Notes under the pieces: generated by a model | Databases searched by the model: none | The model's input: the letters and a program-made list of their open reading frames with translations, nothing else | What the model was told of the DNA's origin: nothing | DNA from: the human T2T-CHM13v2.0 reference genome, Homo sapiens | Assembly (NCBI RefSeq): GCF_009914755.1 | Contig: NC_060931.1 | DNA length: 64,000 bases | Strand: one strand, 5' to 3' | Translations under genes and position numbers: made by a program | In this document: positions 15,161 through 33,660 of the stretch, in pieces | How the letters are laid out: every line of letters starts with the position of its first letter | Position numbering within the stretch: position 1 is the stretch's first letter

Positions 15161-16107
15161 TTATCAGTCTATTTTGCAAGGATTTAACAATCTATATATA
15201 GTTAGCTAAATACAGCTTCTTCATATCCAATGCTAAGAATAGTACTTAATATCTTGTTAATTGTTGAAAAAGTAGTTACTTATTTTTTAAATTGTTGTGT
15301 TTTCAGCAGTTTGGTTCCAGACCTTTTTTCCCCCACACATATGGCATTCCTGTACTCAATAATGACAAGTCAGTTATTCTAGAAAACAGCTTGCTTACTC
15401 TCTTTCCCTCCCTACCTCCCTCTTTTCCTTTCTTCTCTATTTCTATCTCCCATTCTACCTCATTTCATTCCTTCTCTTTCTTTCTTCCTATTTTCCCACA
15501 ACAGTTTACATTTATATAAAAACTTTCTAGTGAGTTTCTTTTAGAGAGCTTGTTCTCAATTAATAGGCCACAACCTCTTTTCTGAGAACACTGCATAAAT
15601 AGCTGGGACTCGAGTTTATGTAAATAATCATATCAGAATTACCTTATGATGTTGCTTTCCAAGCACTATCTTTCATGAGTCATTTAAAACTGCTTTAAAA
15701 ATTCATTAGACAGAGAGAGACCCAAGTACAAGCTCATTATAGAATTTCAAATGAACCATGTAATACAAAAGGAACATTGATAAAATACAAAATAACTGAT
15801 AATGGTGTTCTTCCTATGCAGGTATGCTTGGTAAAGCACACCTGATACATAAACATTTAGAACTACATAAAAGATAAATGCTCTTCATTACAAAAGCAAT
15901 CTCTGGATTACAAAGGGAATCCCAATAATTCACAAAATGCTCTCTTTTGTTCCTCTATGTTCTGTTTGCTTATTCTGTTTCATCTGTCTTTTTTACATAG
16001 CAAGCAACCTATGCTTAAAACATAATTTTATTTACCGAAAATGATTTATATATAAACTTATAACAAAATATTGCATCAAATAGATTATCTGTAGAAAAAA
16101 AAGAATA

Positions 16108-16427
<320 letters not shown>

Positions 16428-16434
16428 TCACTAG

Positions 16435-16863
<429 letters not shown>

Positions 16864-17099
16864 TAAAAGAATTCTACCATCCCTTCCAAGGCTGAATCCA
16901 TATCTCTTTATTGCTAAGTTCTTACCTAATTTAAAAAAAAAAAGCCACATTTGAAATGAAAAATATAATCTCATGTTTAATCTGCTAAAAGAAATGGCCT
17001 ACGGTAAAAGGTGAGGAAGATGTCTGCATAATTTTAAACCTCCAATTCCAATAGAGAATATATAGAAGGAACACAAAGCCACCTGGAATTTCTGAATGC

Positions 17100-17395
17100 C
17101 GGTGAGAATGCATGATTCATTTGAAGAGTTTTGCTCTAAAGGGGAACAGAGAAATGGGGCGGTAGGAGGAGGAGGATGTAGAGTCGAGAAATGATTGCTT
17201 TGAGATGGGAGAATTAACAGTGTATTTGTGTGATGATGGGAACAATCTACTAGAACGGGAAATGATGACGCAAAAGAAAGAAGAGAGAATTGCTGGAGTG
17301 ACGTCCTTGGAGGTGGGAACTAGGCGCAGGAAAGGGGCTGGCCTTACAAAGGGGAACAGAGTACATGCTTAAAATATGTTGAAGGAATTAATGAC
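17100..17395. mobile_element. L2 fragment
   Basis: 'gagttttgctctaaaggggaacagagaaatggggcggtag' typical of L2. Confidence 0.6.
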
Positions 17396-17449
17396 TTCAC
17401 ACTGTAGGAACTTATTTTCGCTTCTATTTTTATCACTATATGGGCCCTC

Positions 17450-17700
17450 AATATGGTATAGTAAGTGATTAAAAGCAGAGTCTTGGGAGTTTAAGAGACT
17501 TGGCTTTGAGAACCACTCCCTTGATGTCTTAGGGAAATTATTTAGACTCTGTATGTCACAGTTGATGCATCTGTAAAGCAGACATAATAATAGTATCTCT
17601 CATAGGGTTGCTGGTGCTATTAAATGTGACAAAGTATATGAATTGCCTAGCAAAGTGTCTGGCACATAGCGAGGGACCTCAAAGTGGTAACTTCTATTGT
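17450..17700. mobile_element. MIR fragment
   Basis: 'catctgtaaagcagacataataatagtatctctcatagggttg'. Confidence 0.75.
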
Positions 17701-19950
17701 CAGCACTGCCTCTGCCTTGGAGCAGCTGTCCTGGGTACCTAGCTAGGAGTCCAGGGTGAATGCCACATGAAGCCCACATCCACCCTGAGAGTAGCACAGC
17801 TTTCCCTCTTCTTCCACGGGCAGCTCATGCCACAACAGTGCAGAACACAGCATTCTTTGTTCCAGCCCTGCAGTACTCCGACAATTCTGAAGAAGAAGTT
17901 CTGGAGGCTAATTTTCTCTCCTTTTAGAATCTTCTCTAGGTTAGGGCAGATTGCAGGACTGAAGTGAACTGCCAGAGAGCAGAGATGATAAAATGAAGCC
18001 AAAAAGGGGTGGGGGGAGATAGGGGGGAGTGGGTTGGGGGATGGTTAGTGATTTACTCCTCTACAGATGTAACCAACACTGCCTTGAGTAGGTGGTCAAT
18101 AAACAGTTTGATAAATTGATGGGAAATATTATACCACTTCCCAAGGAATTTGAAAGCCCAAGAAAAGGTAGTGTAAAACTTAAAATCAATTAATAATATT
18201 AACAAAGATGGGCCAGATTTTAGTGTCTTCATGTAATTGAACAAATATTTACAATTTGCCAAAGTGTATCTTGGCAAAAGTGTAGCCTGTCGATCAAGAT
18301 ACTTCCACAATCTGCTTGTTAAAGGCTTTCACAGACTAAGCAGTAACACCCAAAACACTGATTTAGTTGTGACTAACACTTCACGGCTATTAATTGTGTT
18401 GGTTTGGGGGCAATATTATGGAAAAATAAATTATGGTGGTTTTGAATCCATGTTGAACAAAGTTATTAAGTAAAAGGTCCACATTCTGGGGAAATATGGA
18501 TGAGAAAAGGAAAGCCAGTATTAGGATAATAGAGGAAAGAGAAAATCATTGCCTATCTTTCTTGATTTAAACAAATTGGCATAAGCAGGGGTCATTGAGA
18601 ATAAAATGACTTCATGCAATTCTCATGACAATATCCTAAAGGCTACAGTCCAGTGATATAATCAATTAGGAGTATTTAACACTTATATTATTAGCTATAA
18701 TTATAACAAGTTCATCATTCTGGTTTTTGTACTGACTATAGTGCCTGCCAGTCAACAATAATGTCCTTCAATTCAGTAACTGTAAATAGTACTTTCATAC
18801 TAAGCAATATTTCATTTTTTAAATTTTGCATCTTAAATTTACCAGTGAGGGCTCATTTTCAGTCAATATCTTCACACAGTTATCATCATAATCAAGTCCT
18901 AAATTACAATTCTCCGTATTTAAGTTATATGTCATAAATTTTCATTTTTCTGGGTTTGGGCTTTAGCTGTGCTATAATTGTCTTGACTTTTCTCTATATC
19001 TTCATATTATATCTTAATAACATGGGACACAAACCACTATACTTTCACTTTAGGTCCAGGACTCACAGTACTGTCTCACTTTAGCCAGTCTCACTTTTTG
19101 CTCTTGAGAGACAGCACCCACTCAGTGCTTCATATTTCCTGTTCTGCCTTTGGCTGTGGGTTGAGTCATTCATACATTTATTTATTTATTCACTCAACAA
19201 ATGTATACAGAGGCCCTATTAGGTTCTAAGAACTCTGCTAGCTATTGGGAATGCAGCCATGAACAAGAGATACAGTGTTCTTGCTCTTGTGGAGTTTGTG
19301 TTCTAGTGGGAAACCAGGCACCAAACGAGAATATATTACGTGAGATGAGTGTTGCCAAGACATTGCGGGAGGAAGTGAGATTCTGTAATAGGGGACCTGG
19401 CTCAGGTCATCTTTGAACTGCAATTTGAAGGCTTGTATCATGACTGTTTTGTCATGGTGTCACATTTGTAGAAATATCAATTTGACTTCCAAAAATAATA
19501 AAAATTAAAATTTAATGAGGTTTAGTGACAAAATGCCAAAGAGCAATTTTCTACATAACATGATATGAATAACATTTCCTAAGCACATGCTATGTGTGAG
19601 GCATAGTTCCCTTATGGAGTAGAAACTATTAATGCCCCCATTTTACAGATAAGGAATCTATCTATAAGGCCACAGGTATATTAAGTAACTGCTCAAGCTA
19701 GATGGTCACATAGCTAGTAAGTAATAAAAATGGAATTTAAATCCAAATATTCTGGCTCTTAACCACCATGTTGTATGACCATGTAGAAGCAACATTTCTT
19801 AAAAATCTCTTTCCTGTTCTCTTTTCTCCTTCTACCTTCTACATGTAAAATGCCCAAAAGATTATTCTTCAAATTTAACCCCTGGTTTTCCTGACTCCTC
19901 TTCCTTACTTTCTCTAGTTGGGCCTTTTAAATAGGGCCATTTATTGTGTC

Positions 19951-22417
<2,467 letters not shown>

Positions 22418-22517
22418 AAATAGGGCCACTTAGTGTCTGGGGCTTTTTTCCCATTGTCAATTGAGGCGTTAGTCTGGTTACCACAATTAAGGGTGAGCCC
22501 AGGATCTGACCAAGTGA

Positions 22518-22872
<355 letters not shown>

Positions 22873-23723
22873 TGAAGGTGGACATTCTTGCTTGAACAAA
22901 GAGAAGATGTTTTGATGTTTTCACTTGCAAATGCTCTATAATTTTGTCTCTTTTGTGTGTCAGAGAGGAGTCGGAGATATTAGCTATGCTAGGAGTAAGA
23001 AGAATGGCCCAAGAAGGAAAGCATGTACCAAGGTCCTGGGCAGAGGGAGCATGGGGTTTATGAGGTATTAAAAGCTATCCAGAGTGGCTAGAGAAGGGTA
23101 GGCAGCAAGGTAAAAAACAGCCAGATGGTAAAGAGCATTATAAGCTTTGGAAATGATTTTAGACTTCATCTTTTTTGCATTTGGTAAAGGGGATTCATCT
23201 AAAAGGCTACTGCAGAAATTAAACTCTCAGTGAGAGTGATGTGGACCTAGATAGTGGTAGGGGGTATCAAGGGACTCAACTATAGAAGGTATAATAAGAA
23301 AGATTTGTGATTGATCCAATGTAGATTATGTGGGAGAGACAGAAGCTGAGAATAACTCCCCAATATTTATGACTTAAAAATCTAGGTAGAAGATGGGACC
23401 ATTCAATGAAATATGGAAGAATGACAGGGGGAATTAGTCTTTTTGGGTTGAGTGCTAACAATTTGTACTCTATCAATTTAGCTAAGCTGGAATGACAGTT
23501 CTCAATATCCCCTTTCCTGAATAGTTCTAAATTAGTAGAGGCCACAAGAGCCATTTTGCTTGAGATTTTGAAGGCAGAAGTGAAACAGCAGCCATATTCT
23601 TTTTATGCTGGAAGATTGGTGCAGGGGCGCCAGTGGCTACTTTAGCTCTTGCATGTTGTCATTTACCTAGAGGTTTCCTTGTTGGCAAGGCTTGCAACTT
23701 CTTCACCTCCTGCCAGAGTTTTC

Positions 23724-23990
<267 letters not shown>

Positions 23991-23994
23991 TGAT

Positions 23995-24327
<333 letters not shown>

Positions 24328-24494
24328 AGCAGGGTCTCACTCTGTCACCCAGGATGGAGTACAGTGGCATGATCTCAGCTCACTGCAACCTCTGCCTCCC
24401 AGGTTCCCGCCATTCTCTTGCCTCAGCTGACTGAGTAGCTGGGACTACAGGCACCCACCACCACAACCAGCTAATATTTGTTTCAATAGAGATG
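24328..24494 (-). mobile_element. Truncated Alu (right arm and linker)
   Basis: 'cagggtctcactctgtcacccagg...gctaatatttgtttcaatagagatg'. Confidence 0.85.
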
Positions 24495-24712
24495 TAGCTT
24501 CTCTTGCAGGTGACTTGCATCAGGCAGATTAGAGGCTGGAAGGCAGTGAGAGAGCAATGTGGGTTCCATGTAGTCCTCATGGGTCCCAGCTAATCGTCAT
24601 GTGTTTCAGTTTCTTGGCTCTCCCCTACTTCTCATCTACCTATTTTTCCCTTGCTGACTGCAGGCTCAAGCACCAGGTACAAAGACAACAGCCTCAAAGA
24701 GATGGCTTAACT

Positions 24713-25232
24713 CAGCAGTCCCCAACCTTTTTGGAACCAGGGACTTGTTTCATGGAAGATAATTTTTCCACACACCAGGGTTGGGGGTGGTTTTGGGATG
24801 ATTCAAGCTCTCTGTATTTATTGTGCACTTTATTTCTGTTATTATTACACTGTAATGCATGATGAAATAATTCTACAACTCACCATAATGTAGAATCAGT
24901 GGGAATCCTGAGCTTCTCTACCTGAAACTAGATGGTCCCATCTGGGGGTGATGAAAGACAGTGCCAGATCATCAGGCATTAGATTCTCAAAAGGAGCACA
25001 CAACCTAGGTCATGTGCAGTTCACAATAGGGTTTGCGTTCCTATGAGAATCTAATGCCACTTCTGATCTGACAGGAGGCAGAGCTCAGGCAGTAATGTGA
25101 GCGATGGGGAGTAGCTGTAAATACAGATAAAGCTTTGCTGGCTTGCCCATCACTCACCTCTTGCTGTGTGGCACAGTTCCTAACAGGCCACAGAGTGCAA
25201 CTGGTCCATGGGCTGGGGTTTGCGAACGCCTG
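24713..25232. mobile_element. MER1A (hAT-Charlie DNA transposon)
   Basis: TIR 'cagcagtccccaacc'; 8-bp flanks gcttaact/gtttaacc. Confidence 0.88.
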
Positions 25233-25489
25233 GTTTAACCAGTTCCCACAACTGCATGAAGTGTAGTATACCTATCATAAATCTCTCATTACCTATTACA
25301 TCTAGTGATTCTGTTTCTCTGATTAAACTACTGATAAATTGTGTTAGAGGAAGATCAGTTTAGTTTTATTCATACTGAATATGAAGAACCTATGAGACCA
25401 TGAAATAGAGATCAAATAGGGAGATTAATATTCAGATCTGGGTATCAAAGATGATATATTCAAGACTTATTATAATGTAGATAAAAATA

Positions 25490-26896
25490 CGGTCTTGGTA
25501 TAATAAAAAATATGTCCGTTCTTTGTCCTCCTTCCTGGCTCAGAGCTTCAAAAACCCTTGGAATTTCCCTAAGGAGAGAATGTCTTTGTTATGCTAACTG
25601 AAATAGCTCAAGGTGGGTTTTTAGCTTCCAGATGGGGGCTGGTCACAAGAAAGACCAACCACAAACCCCCAGAGTGGGAACTTTGGGCCAACCAGACCTG
25701 CAAGGAGGGGAAGAGGGCTGGAGATTAAGCTCAACAATGCGGCTAATGATTTAGTCAATGGTTGTTACTGAACCAAACCTGAGTCCACTCACCCTGGTGT
25801 AGTAAGTCCAAACATTCAAACCAAGGCATTGCAGTGAGAGAAAGGAAGGAGTCTATTTTCAAGGCACCAAGCAAGGAGAATTAAGCAACTCATGCTTAAG
25901 ACCCGACCTCTCTAATGGTATGCAAGCAAAGGTTTTTAAAGAGAGGGGTAGATTTTAGGAAAACAGAAGTTACAGGCAAAATTGTAAATCAATGCATACA
26001 GGTTATACATTGATTTGGCCTGAAAAGGTGGAATATCTTGAAATGGGGGCTTTCAAAGGTCATAGGCGGATTCAAAGATTCTCTGATTTATTATTGGTTA
26101 AAGAAGCAAAACTCTGTGCAAAAACTTGGAATTTCAGTCCTCAGTTCCTCCTTATCTGAGGTCTGTGTGCCAGCAGATGGCATTTTCCATTTGGTAGGGA
26201 TCTGGGTTTCTGAAAAACAATCCAGGGACATGTGTAAGTGTTATCTTTAGTTTCTATAGAGAGCCAAGCATCTTGTGGCTCTAACTTCTTGGCTATTGTC
26301 TTAAGCTATTATTATCTGGTTGCTCATTTACTTCTCAAGGCTATCTAGGTGCCTGGAATTTCCCTTGAAGGAACTCAAGATTTTCCTTAATTTTCATGTT
26401 TGGGATGGGGGAAGGAGCTGGCAAGGCCCTAGAAAGGGTTCCTGCTCCATCTCATTGTGCCTATGTAATAAAACACCAATAAAAATTCTGGACATTGGAG
26501 GTTTGGAGGAGCTTCCTGGTTGATGAATACACTGACGTGGAAGGTGATGCTCTGAATGCATGGGAGAGGACATGAAAGCTCTATACCGGGAGTCTTCTAG
26601 AACTTGCCCTATGTGTATTTCTTCTGACAAAGCTGTAATTGTAAGTCCAGTGCTTTTCTGAGTTCTGAGAGTTGTTCTAGTGAATTATCAAACCCAAGGC
26701 AGGTTGGTTATTGGAACTCCTGAATTTGTACCCAAATCAATCAGAAATGTGGATGGCCTAGGGAACCCCAGAACTTGTGGCTGGTATCTGAAATCAGGGC
26801 AGTCTTGTAGAGGACTTTACTCTTAAACCTATGGAGTCTGATGTAACTCTCAGTAGTTAGTATCATTATTAAGTTATAGTAAACCTCGTTGGAGTG
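25490..26896. mobile_element. MER21-like LTR split by a second LTR
   Basis: 'aaaacccttggaatttcc...gatgggggctggtcacaagaaagaccaacc' resumes at 26455 with 'gcctatgtaataaaac'. Confidence 0.65.
25763..26454 (-). mobile_element. ERV1-class solo LTR (MER66-like, tentative)
   Basis: TG...CA termini; interrupts MER21 colinearity; flanks tggt/ttgt. Confidence 0.6.
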
Positions 26897-27062
26897 GAAA
26901 TGGAGCAGAGGCCATGGAAATGGCTATTGTAATAAGAAAACATTCAGGGAGACTGTCTAAATCCACATGAATCAGCAACCTTCTGTATGAAAAGTCATGG
27001 TCCTCTTTTGATAACTCTGATGTTCACCAGGAAGGGGCTATGGTGAAAGGCAGAGAAGGTAC

Positions 27063-27842
27063 TGAGAGACAGGACTAGCTGGATTTCCTAGGCCAACTAA
27101 GAATCCCTAAGCCTAGCTGGGAAGGTGACCGCTTCCACCTTTAAAAACGGGGCTTGCAACTTAGCTCATACTCGACCAATCAGATAGTAAAGAGAGCTCA
27201 CTAAAATGCTAATTAGGCAAAAACAAGAGGTAAAGAAATAGCCAATAATCTATTGCCTGAGAGCACAGCGGGAGGGACAATGATCGGGATATAAACTCAG
27301 GCATTCCAGCCGGCAACGGCTATCCTCTTTAGGTCCCCTCCCTTTGTATGGGAGTTCTGTCTTCACTCTATTAAATCTTGCAACTGCATTCTCTTTTGGT
27401 CTGTGTTTGTTACGGCTCAAGCTGAGCTTTCGCTCGAGCTGTTTGCTCGAGCCTCCGTCGAGCAAACTGTTGTTTGCCTCTGTTGCAGACCCGCCACTGA
27501 CTTCCATCCCTCTGGATCTGGCAGGGTGTCCGCTGTGCTCCTGATCCAGTGAGGTGCCCATTGCCACTCCTGATCAGGCTAAAGGCTTGCCATTGTTCCC
27601 ACACAGCTAAGTGCCCAGGTTCATCCTAATCGAGCTGAACACTAGTCACTGGGTTCCACGGTTCTCTTCTGTGACACACGGCTTCTAATAGAGCTATAAC
27701 ATTCACCGCATGGCCCAAGATTCCATTCCTTGGAATCCATGAGGACAAGAACCCCAGGTCAGAGAACACGAGGCTTGCCACCATCTTGGAAGTGGCTGGT
27801 GGCCATTCTGGGAGCTCTGGGAGCAAGGACCCCCCGGTAACA
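27063..27842 (+). mobile_element. HERV-W solo LTR (LTR17), complete U3-R-U5
   Basis: 'tgagagacaggactagctggatttcctagg...ggaccccccggtaaca', 780 bp; perfect 4-bp TSD GTAC (27059-27062, 27843-27846). Confidence 0.96.
27176..27375 (+). promoter_or_regulatory. LTR17 core promoter and poly(A) elements
   Basis: CCAAT at 27176 and 27242, octamer-like ATGCTAAT at 27206, TATAAA at 27290, ATTAAA at 27370. Confidence 0.7.
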
Positions 27843-27947
27843 GTACCACAGCAAGTAGGGTGGTCCTGCTGTTTTGATGGTTCTCCCACCCCCAGGCTAT
27901 GGGCCTCCTGTGTTATAACACAAACTCTGGACTTCATTCAGTCTCAG

Positions 27948-28652
27948 TGATATGGACAGGAGGCAAGGAAATACTGGCTAGAAGAGGGTAGTTCCCTAGC
28001 AAACGCCCCCACCCTCAAGCCTGGAAAACCACAGCCCTAAATGAGAAGAGGCATTCTTGTTTTTGTGCCCAAATGTTGCCTTTTCCAAGACCACTCTAGC
28101 CCACCATGCCCCCATCCTATACCCATAAAAACTACAAACCCCAAGTTCCATGAGCCCAACAGCAGAGGAGCAGAAGAGCGGCACGGCAGAGGAGAGAAGA
28201 GAAGGAGCATCTGAACATGGAGAGGAGTTTGGCTGGGGACGGTTGGAGAGATCGGCCGTGGAATGGCCGAACTCTAGGGGAAGATCATCTTCCCACTCCA
28301 TCCCCTTTCCAGCTCCCCGTCCATCCTGCTGAGAGCCACCTCCATCTGGCGATAAAATTCCCCCACATTTACCATAATTCAATTTGTCCATGTGACCTGA
28401 TTCTTCCTGGATGCCAGACAAGGACCCGGATACCAAGAGGGCACTGAGCTGGTTAACTCTTAAGCTGTCTGCAGATGGCAGAGCTAAAAGAGGACCATAA
28501 CATGCCCACTGGGGCTTCGGGAGTCACCAGTACCCACCCCTAGACACTATCATGGGGCTGGAGCCCAAAAGTGCTCACCCCAGGACCTGCACCTGCTCAT
28601 CTGTGTGCTCCCCCTCCCATAAGGGGGGCAGGATCAGGGAACTCCTGTTTCA
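27948..28652 (+). mobile_element. Solo LTR, LTR1-like (ERV1/HUERS-P2 group), copy 1
   Basis: 'tgatatggacaggaggc..ggaaatactgg' to 'gggaactcctgtttca'; homologous to 36979-37720 and 38701-39456; 3' internal deletion. Confidence 0.8.
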
Positions 28653-29456
28653 CTAGCATCTCAAGTGCTTCATTTCTATGCCGTGAATCTGCATTAACTG
28701 CAGGTTATTCACTTTTAGTTTTGTTCTTCCAGCATCTGGTTTGCTCTGGGCATGAATAGCCTGTCCTGTATGGCTGGGTTGAGAGAGCAGGGAGGTTGTG
28801 GGAAGGTGGTGGATGACAGGACAGTTAGTATGGGCCATAAGTTATATTACTTGCCAAACTTTTTCCTCACAAAGCAGTTTGTCTGAGCAAATGTAAAATG
28901 TGTTTTCTCAGACAGTTAATTAAGCCAAATGCACAGTGAACAACTCGTGGGCTTTCCTAGAGTCATTTGGGGTTTGCATTCAGCCTTTGAATCTGGGGAG
29001 GCTATCCCTTAATAATTTAGTATCTGGGAATGTTACCTGAGAACTAAGACTCTGAGCTACTAATTAGCCACCCAGAACCAAGAAGCTTTCTGTGTTGTTC
29101 TTACTATATTCATAAAAGCATAATCATGTGAGCTGATTTTTCAAGGAACAAACACATTTAGCAATATTTCATGATATTCTGTGTGGGCTTTTGCATGTAG
29201 GTGGCTGAGAGGCAAGATGTATTTGGATGTGGAATTGACTAAAAAGTGAAGTTTAGAGAAGGAATGTGTGTGTGTCTGTGGTGGTGGGGCGCTATTGCTC
29301 TTTCTGAAAGACTTTGCAGTTACAAGAGACACAAATTCCTTAGGTTAAAGGACAGTCAGATGGATGAATCTTAACTGCTTACTAGTCCACACAAACCACT
29401 GGGAGGTCTGAAGAGCATGACTGAGTCCTCCCAACCCTAACCAGGATGGTACCCTC

Positions 29457-29873
29457 TGTTAAAATAAAAGAAAAGAAAACAAAACAAACAGAACTTTAGA
29501 CAAATTAAATTTAACAGACTTTAATTGAGCAAAGAGCAATTTTCAAATTAGGCCCCTGAAACAAAATAGGTTCAGAGAGACTCCAGGGCTGCCTTATGGT
29601 CAGAGATTTATGGACAGAAAGAGGAAAGTGACATACAGAAAATGGAAGTGAGGTACAGAAACAGCTGGATTGCTTACGGCTGGGCATTTGCCTATCTAAA
29701 CATGATTTGAACAGTTGGCTGCCTTTGATTTGCCCAAATGTGGTAAACGGTACAAGAGTAGGTTATATTCTTTTTACATATCTAGTTAGGTTACATTTAC
29801 TATGTATGGAGAAACCTTTAGGCTGAACTTAAAATATGTAAGGAGGCAGCTTTAGGCCAAACTTAATTGAACA
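29457..29873 (-). mobile_element. MER57 3' LTR
   Basis: 'aaaatatgtaaggaggcagctttagg' signature; adjacent PPT (revcomp aaaagaggggaat, 29874-29886). Confidence 0.9.
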
Positions 29874-30223
29874 ATTCCCCTCTTTTAGAGGCTGACCAAA
29901 ACTTTAGGCATTCATGTCACTCTGCCACCATTGTAAATGTACTTATTTGGTCTCAAATCCCACTGAAACATAACAGAACAGTGGGATTTGTAAGGGCTAC
30001 AAGGACTTTAGGTTAGTTTTTTTGGTAAGAATTAGAGCAAAAGGTACTTCTTTATTATGCTGGAATCCCCTGTTCTCAGGAAGAAAAAAAACTGGTTTGC
30101 TTTGGGATCTGTATGCTGCCTCGTAGTTTCAGCTTGATTATGTTGCATTTGGCATGAGTGATGACATTTTTGTTTTGTCTGGTCTAGTGCACAAGCTCAG
30201 TCCAATACAATGGCATCCGATAA

Positions 30224-30551
<328 letters not shown>

Positions 30552-30719
30552 AGTTCTCCACCTTTTTGGTCTGATTCTCACTTAGGTGAGAGTGTGACCA
30601 AAACTAGGTTTTGGCACTACTTTCAGTTACCATCATTTTGAGTTTCTGGTCTCAGTATGTCATTCATAGGTGACGATGTCCTCATAGTCATGCATTTCTT
30701 TGAGATTTTGTCATTCCAG

Positions 30720-31180
30720 CTGAAGTGAGACCATTTGATATTCTACAGAAAGCTGCATGAAAACATTTAAAACTTTTGAGAGAATACAGTGCACCAGGGA
30801 GACTACTGTTATTACTATGAGGAAAATAATACCAAGAGTTTGAAGTATGCTTTTTAGTCAGGGCCTTCATAAACTAAACCATCTAAAAGCAAATAGATCA
30901 AAGAATGAGCTAGAAAAAGAATCTACTAGTTTCAACCAAGGAGCTTGTTAATTCCCTACAGCTAAATCTCTATAATACCCCATATATTTATACATGTACA
31001 ACAGGAAGTGTCAGGAACTCTACAGATTATTTTGTGTTATACCAGTAAGTATTCCAGAGCGATTGTATTATTTAGCATAACTTTAGCAAGATACTTTTTA
31101 AAAGTCTGTTGTAAATCCACAGCATTTGCAGTAGAATCTGATATAAAGCCTATTAGGAGGGACAAATTTCTATTCATTGC
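30720..31180 (-). pseudogene. ERV env TM-subunit remnant
   Basis: Manual minus-strand translation gives 'NRNLSLLIGFISDSTANAVDLQQ..LAKVMLNNTIALEYLL' (heptad repeat plus ISD-like) and 'LGIIFLIVITVVSLVHCIL' (membrane anchor). Confidence 0.75.
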
Positions 31181-31372
31181 GTCATTTATTCCAAATCACA
31201 GATAAAGGAAGCTAACAAATGATTCCCACCTTGAAGGGTGAAGGCCTCCTGGCAATGTTCTATTTAACCTAGAATGTAGGTTAACAGGAATGGACCAATG
31301 TTCTGTTTCTGACTGATGATGAATCAACAAATGCACCATTAAATTCCTCACCCACACTGACTTTTCATTTTC

Positions 31373-31675
31373 TTTCTTTTTTTTTTTTTTTTTTTGATGG
31401 AGTCTCGCACTGTCGCCAAGGCTGCAGTGCAGTGGCATCATCTCAGCTCACTGAAAGCTCCATCTCCCGGGTTCACGCCATTCTCCTGCCTCAGCCTCCT
31501 GAGTAGCTGGGACTAGAGGTGCCCGCCATCACACCTGGTTAATTTTTTTGTATTTTTAGTAGAGACGGGGTTTCACCATGTTAGCCAGGATGGTCTCAAT
31601 GCCCTGACCTCGTGATCTGCCTGCCTCGGCCTCCCAAAGTGCTGGGATTACAGGCGTGAGCCACCGTGCCCCGCC
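31373..31675 (-). mobile_element. AluY-like within the provirus
   Basis: TSD 'tg(a/g)cttttcattttct'. Confidence 0.95.
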
Positions 31676-32423
31676 TGGCTTTTCATTTTCTATACATCAA
31701 GGTATAAGTTTGCTCATGTGTAAGGTTGGCTGTGAAATCTTCCACAAATAAAAGTACGCCCCCTGGGTGCACACAAGATCTCTTTTCCAATTCTACTGTT
31801 CATAGGGGCATGAACAAGGAAAAACTTAAGAGAGGTAAGAGGCTCATGATAGCAGAGAAGTCTTGACTTGTTATCTTAGGAAAGCTGTCCATGTCTAGAA
31901 TGCTATGTGCTTCCAGGGACAAACTCCCCCTGTAAGCTTTACCTCAAAGCCTCCATTGGGTGCCCAGTTCTGAGAGTCTGGAAGGGCCCTTCTGAGTTGT
32001 GATATTATAGACCCCAGTTTCAAGGTCCTGAAGTTTTGCTCTAGTTTAAGTGGAAAGGGCAGCCTTTCTCTGATGTTGTTTCCAGAAGACTCAATCTTTG
32101 GGTTCTAGATTGTTAGGGGTTTAATTGTCCTCATTTGGTAGATCATGAAAAGCTTTCTTTACCTGGTGAAAATACACTTAGGCATAATGCATTAAAGCCT
32201 TGCATCATTTATTCATATCAGAATTTAGAAGTAGAAGATACATGAGGTTCTATTATTAGAAGCATAGGCCTTCCAGTGACTATTTCATAAGGGTTCAACT
32301 TATGTTTTCCACTGGAAGTGGATCTCATTGTCATCAGTCTGCGTTACCTTTGACCAGGCTATCTAGTCAATTCAGTTAGCTTTGCCTAATATTATTGTAT
32401 CTGCAATACCTTATTTAACTATT

Positions 32424-32905
<482 letters not shown>

Positions 32906-33660
32906 GAAAATGATAGGTGAATGAAAACCCACCATTAAATGTTAAAATGCTACCATGAGGTAGCAGAAATGTACCCGACATTTTGATTGTATTCCCAGGA
33001 TTATGGGTTTGACAAACCAAACATTGGTCATAAAACATTTCAGCAATTTAGAACAGTCATCACACCAATATACACATTTTCTATTTGGATCATTGTATTG
33101 CTTCCATGATGAGTCAGGAAAGGCATAGCTTTTAATAATGGAAGCTTTAACCAGAAAGGACCAGATGGTGATCTAAGCTCTCCATTAACCCATGCTTAAC
33201 ACTGAATTTATATCCTTTTAAATACTAGTTTTATTTCTCCAATTCAGGTGCCTAGGTAATTGTACCTGAATTGGAGAAACAGACTGGTATTTAAGAGGAT
33301 ATAAATTTAATAACCCAATCTAATAATTGGGATATCATAGGTAATTTGACTTGGACCATGGAGTTCATTTGAACTGCAAATCACATTTCAGTATTGGCTG
33401 ATTTAGCATGAAAATCTGGCAGAGTATTCCTTTGGTATTAATTCTTTTCCTGCTGGGTTTGCAGTTTTATAATCCAGTCAATTTCTTCATTAGAGTTCTG
33501 GGAATTTTTACCCAATCCAAATGATATGATCCTAAAGTTATCCAAAACCTGTATTCCAGAATGGTCGTCAGGGGTCTTTCAGGAACCTCCTTAAAGATAC
33601 AATATTCTAGGATTTTACTTGCTTGTAAGCTTTCAGAAAATGCATTAGAATTAAGCAACT

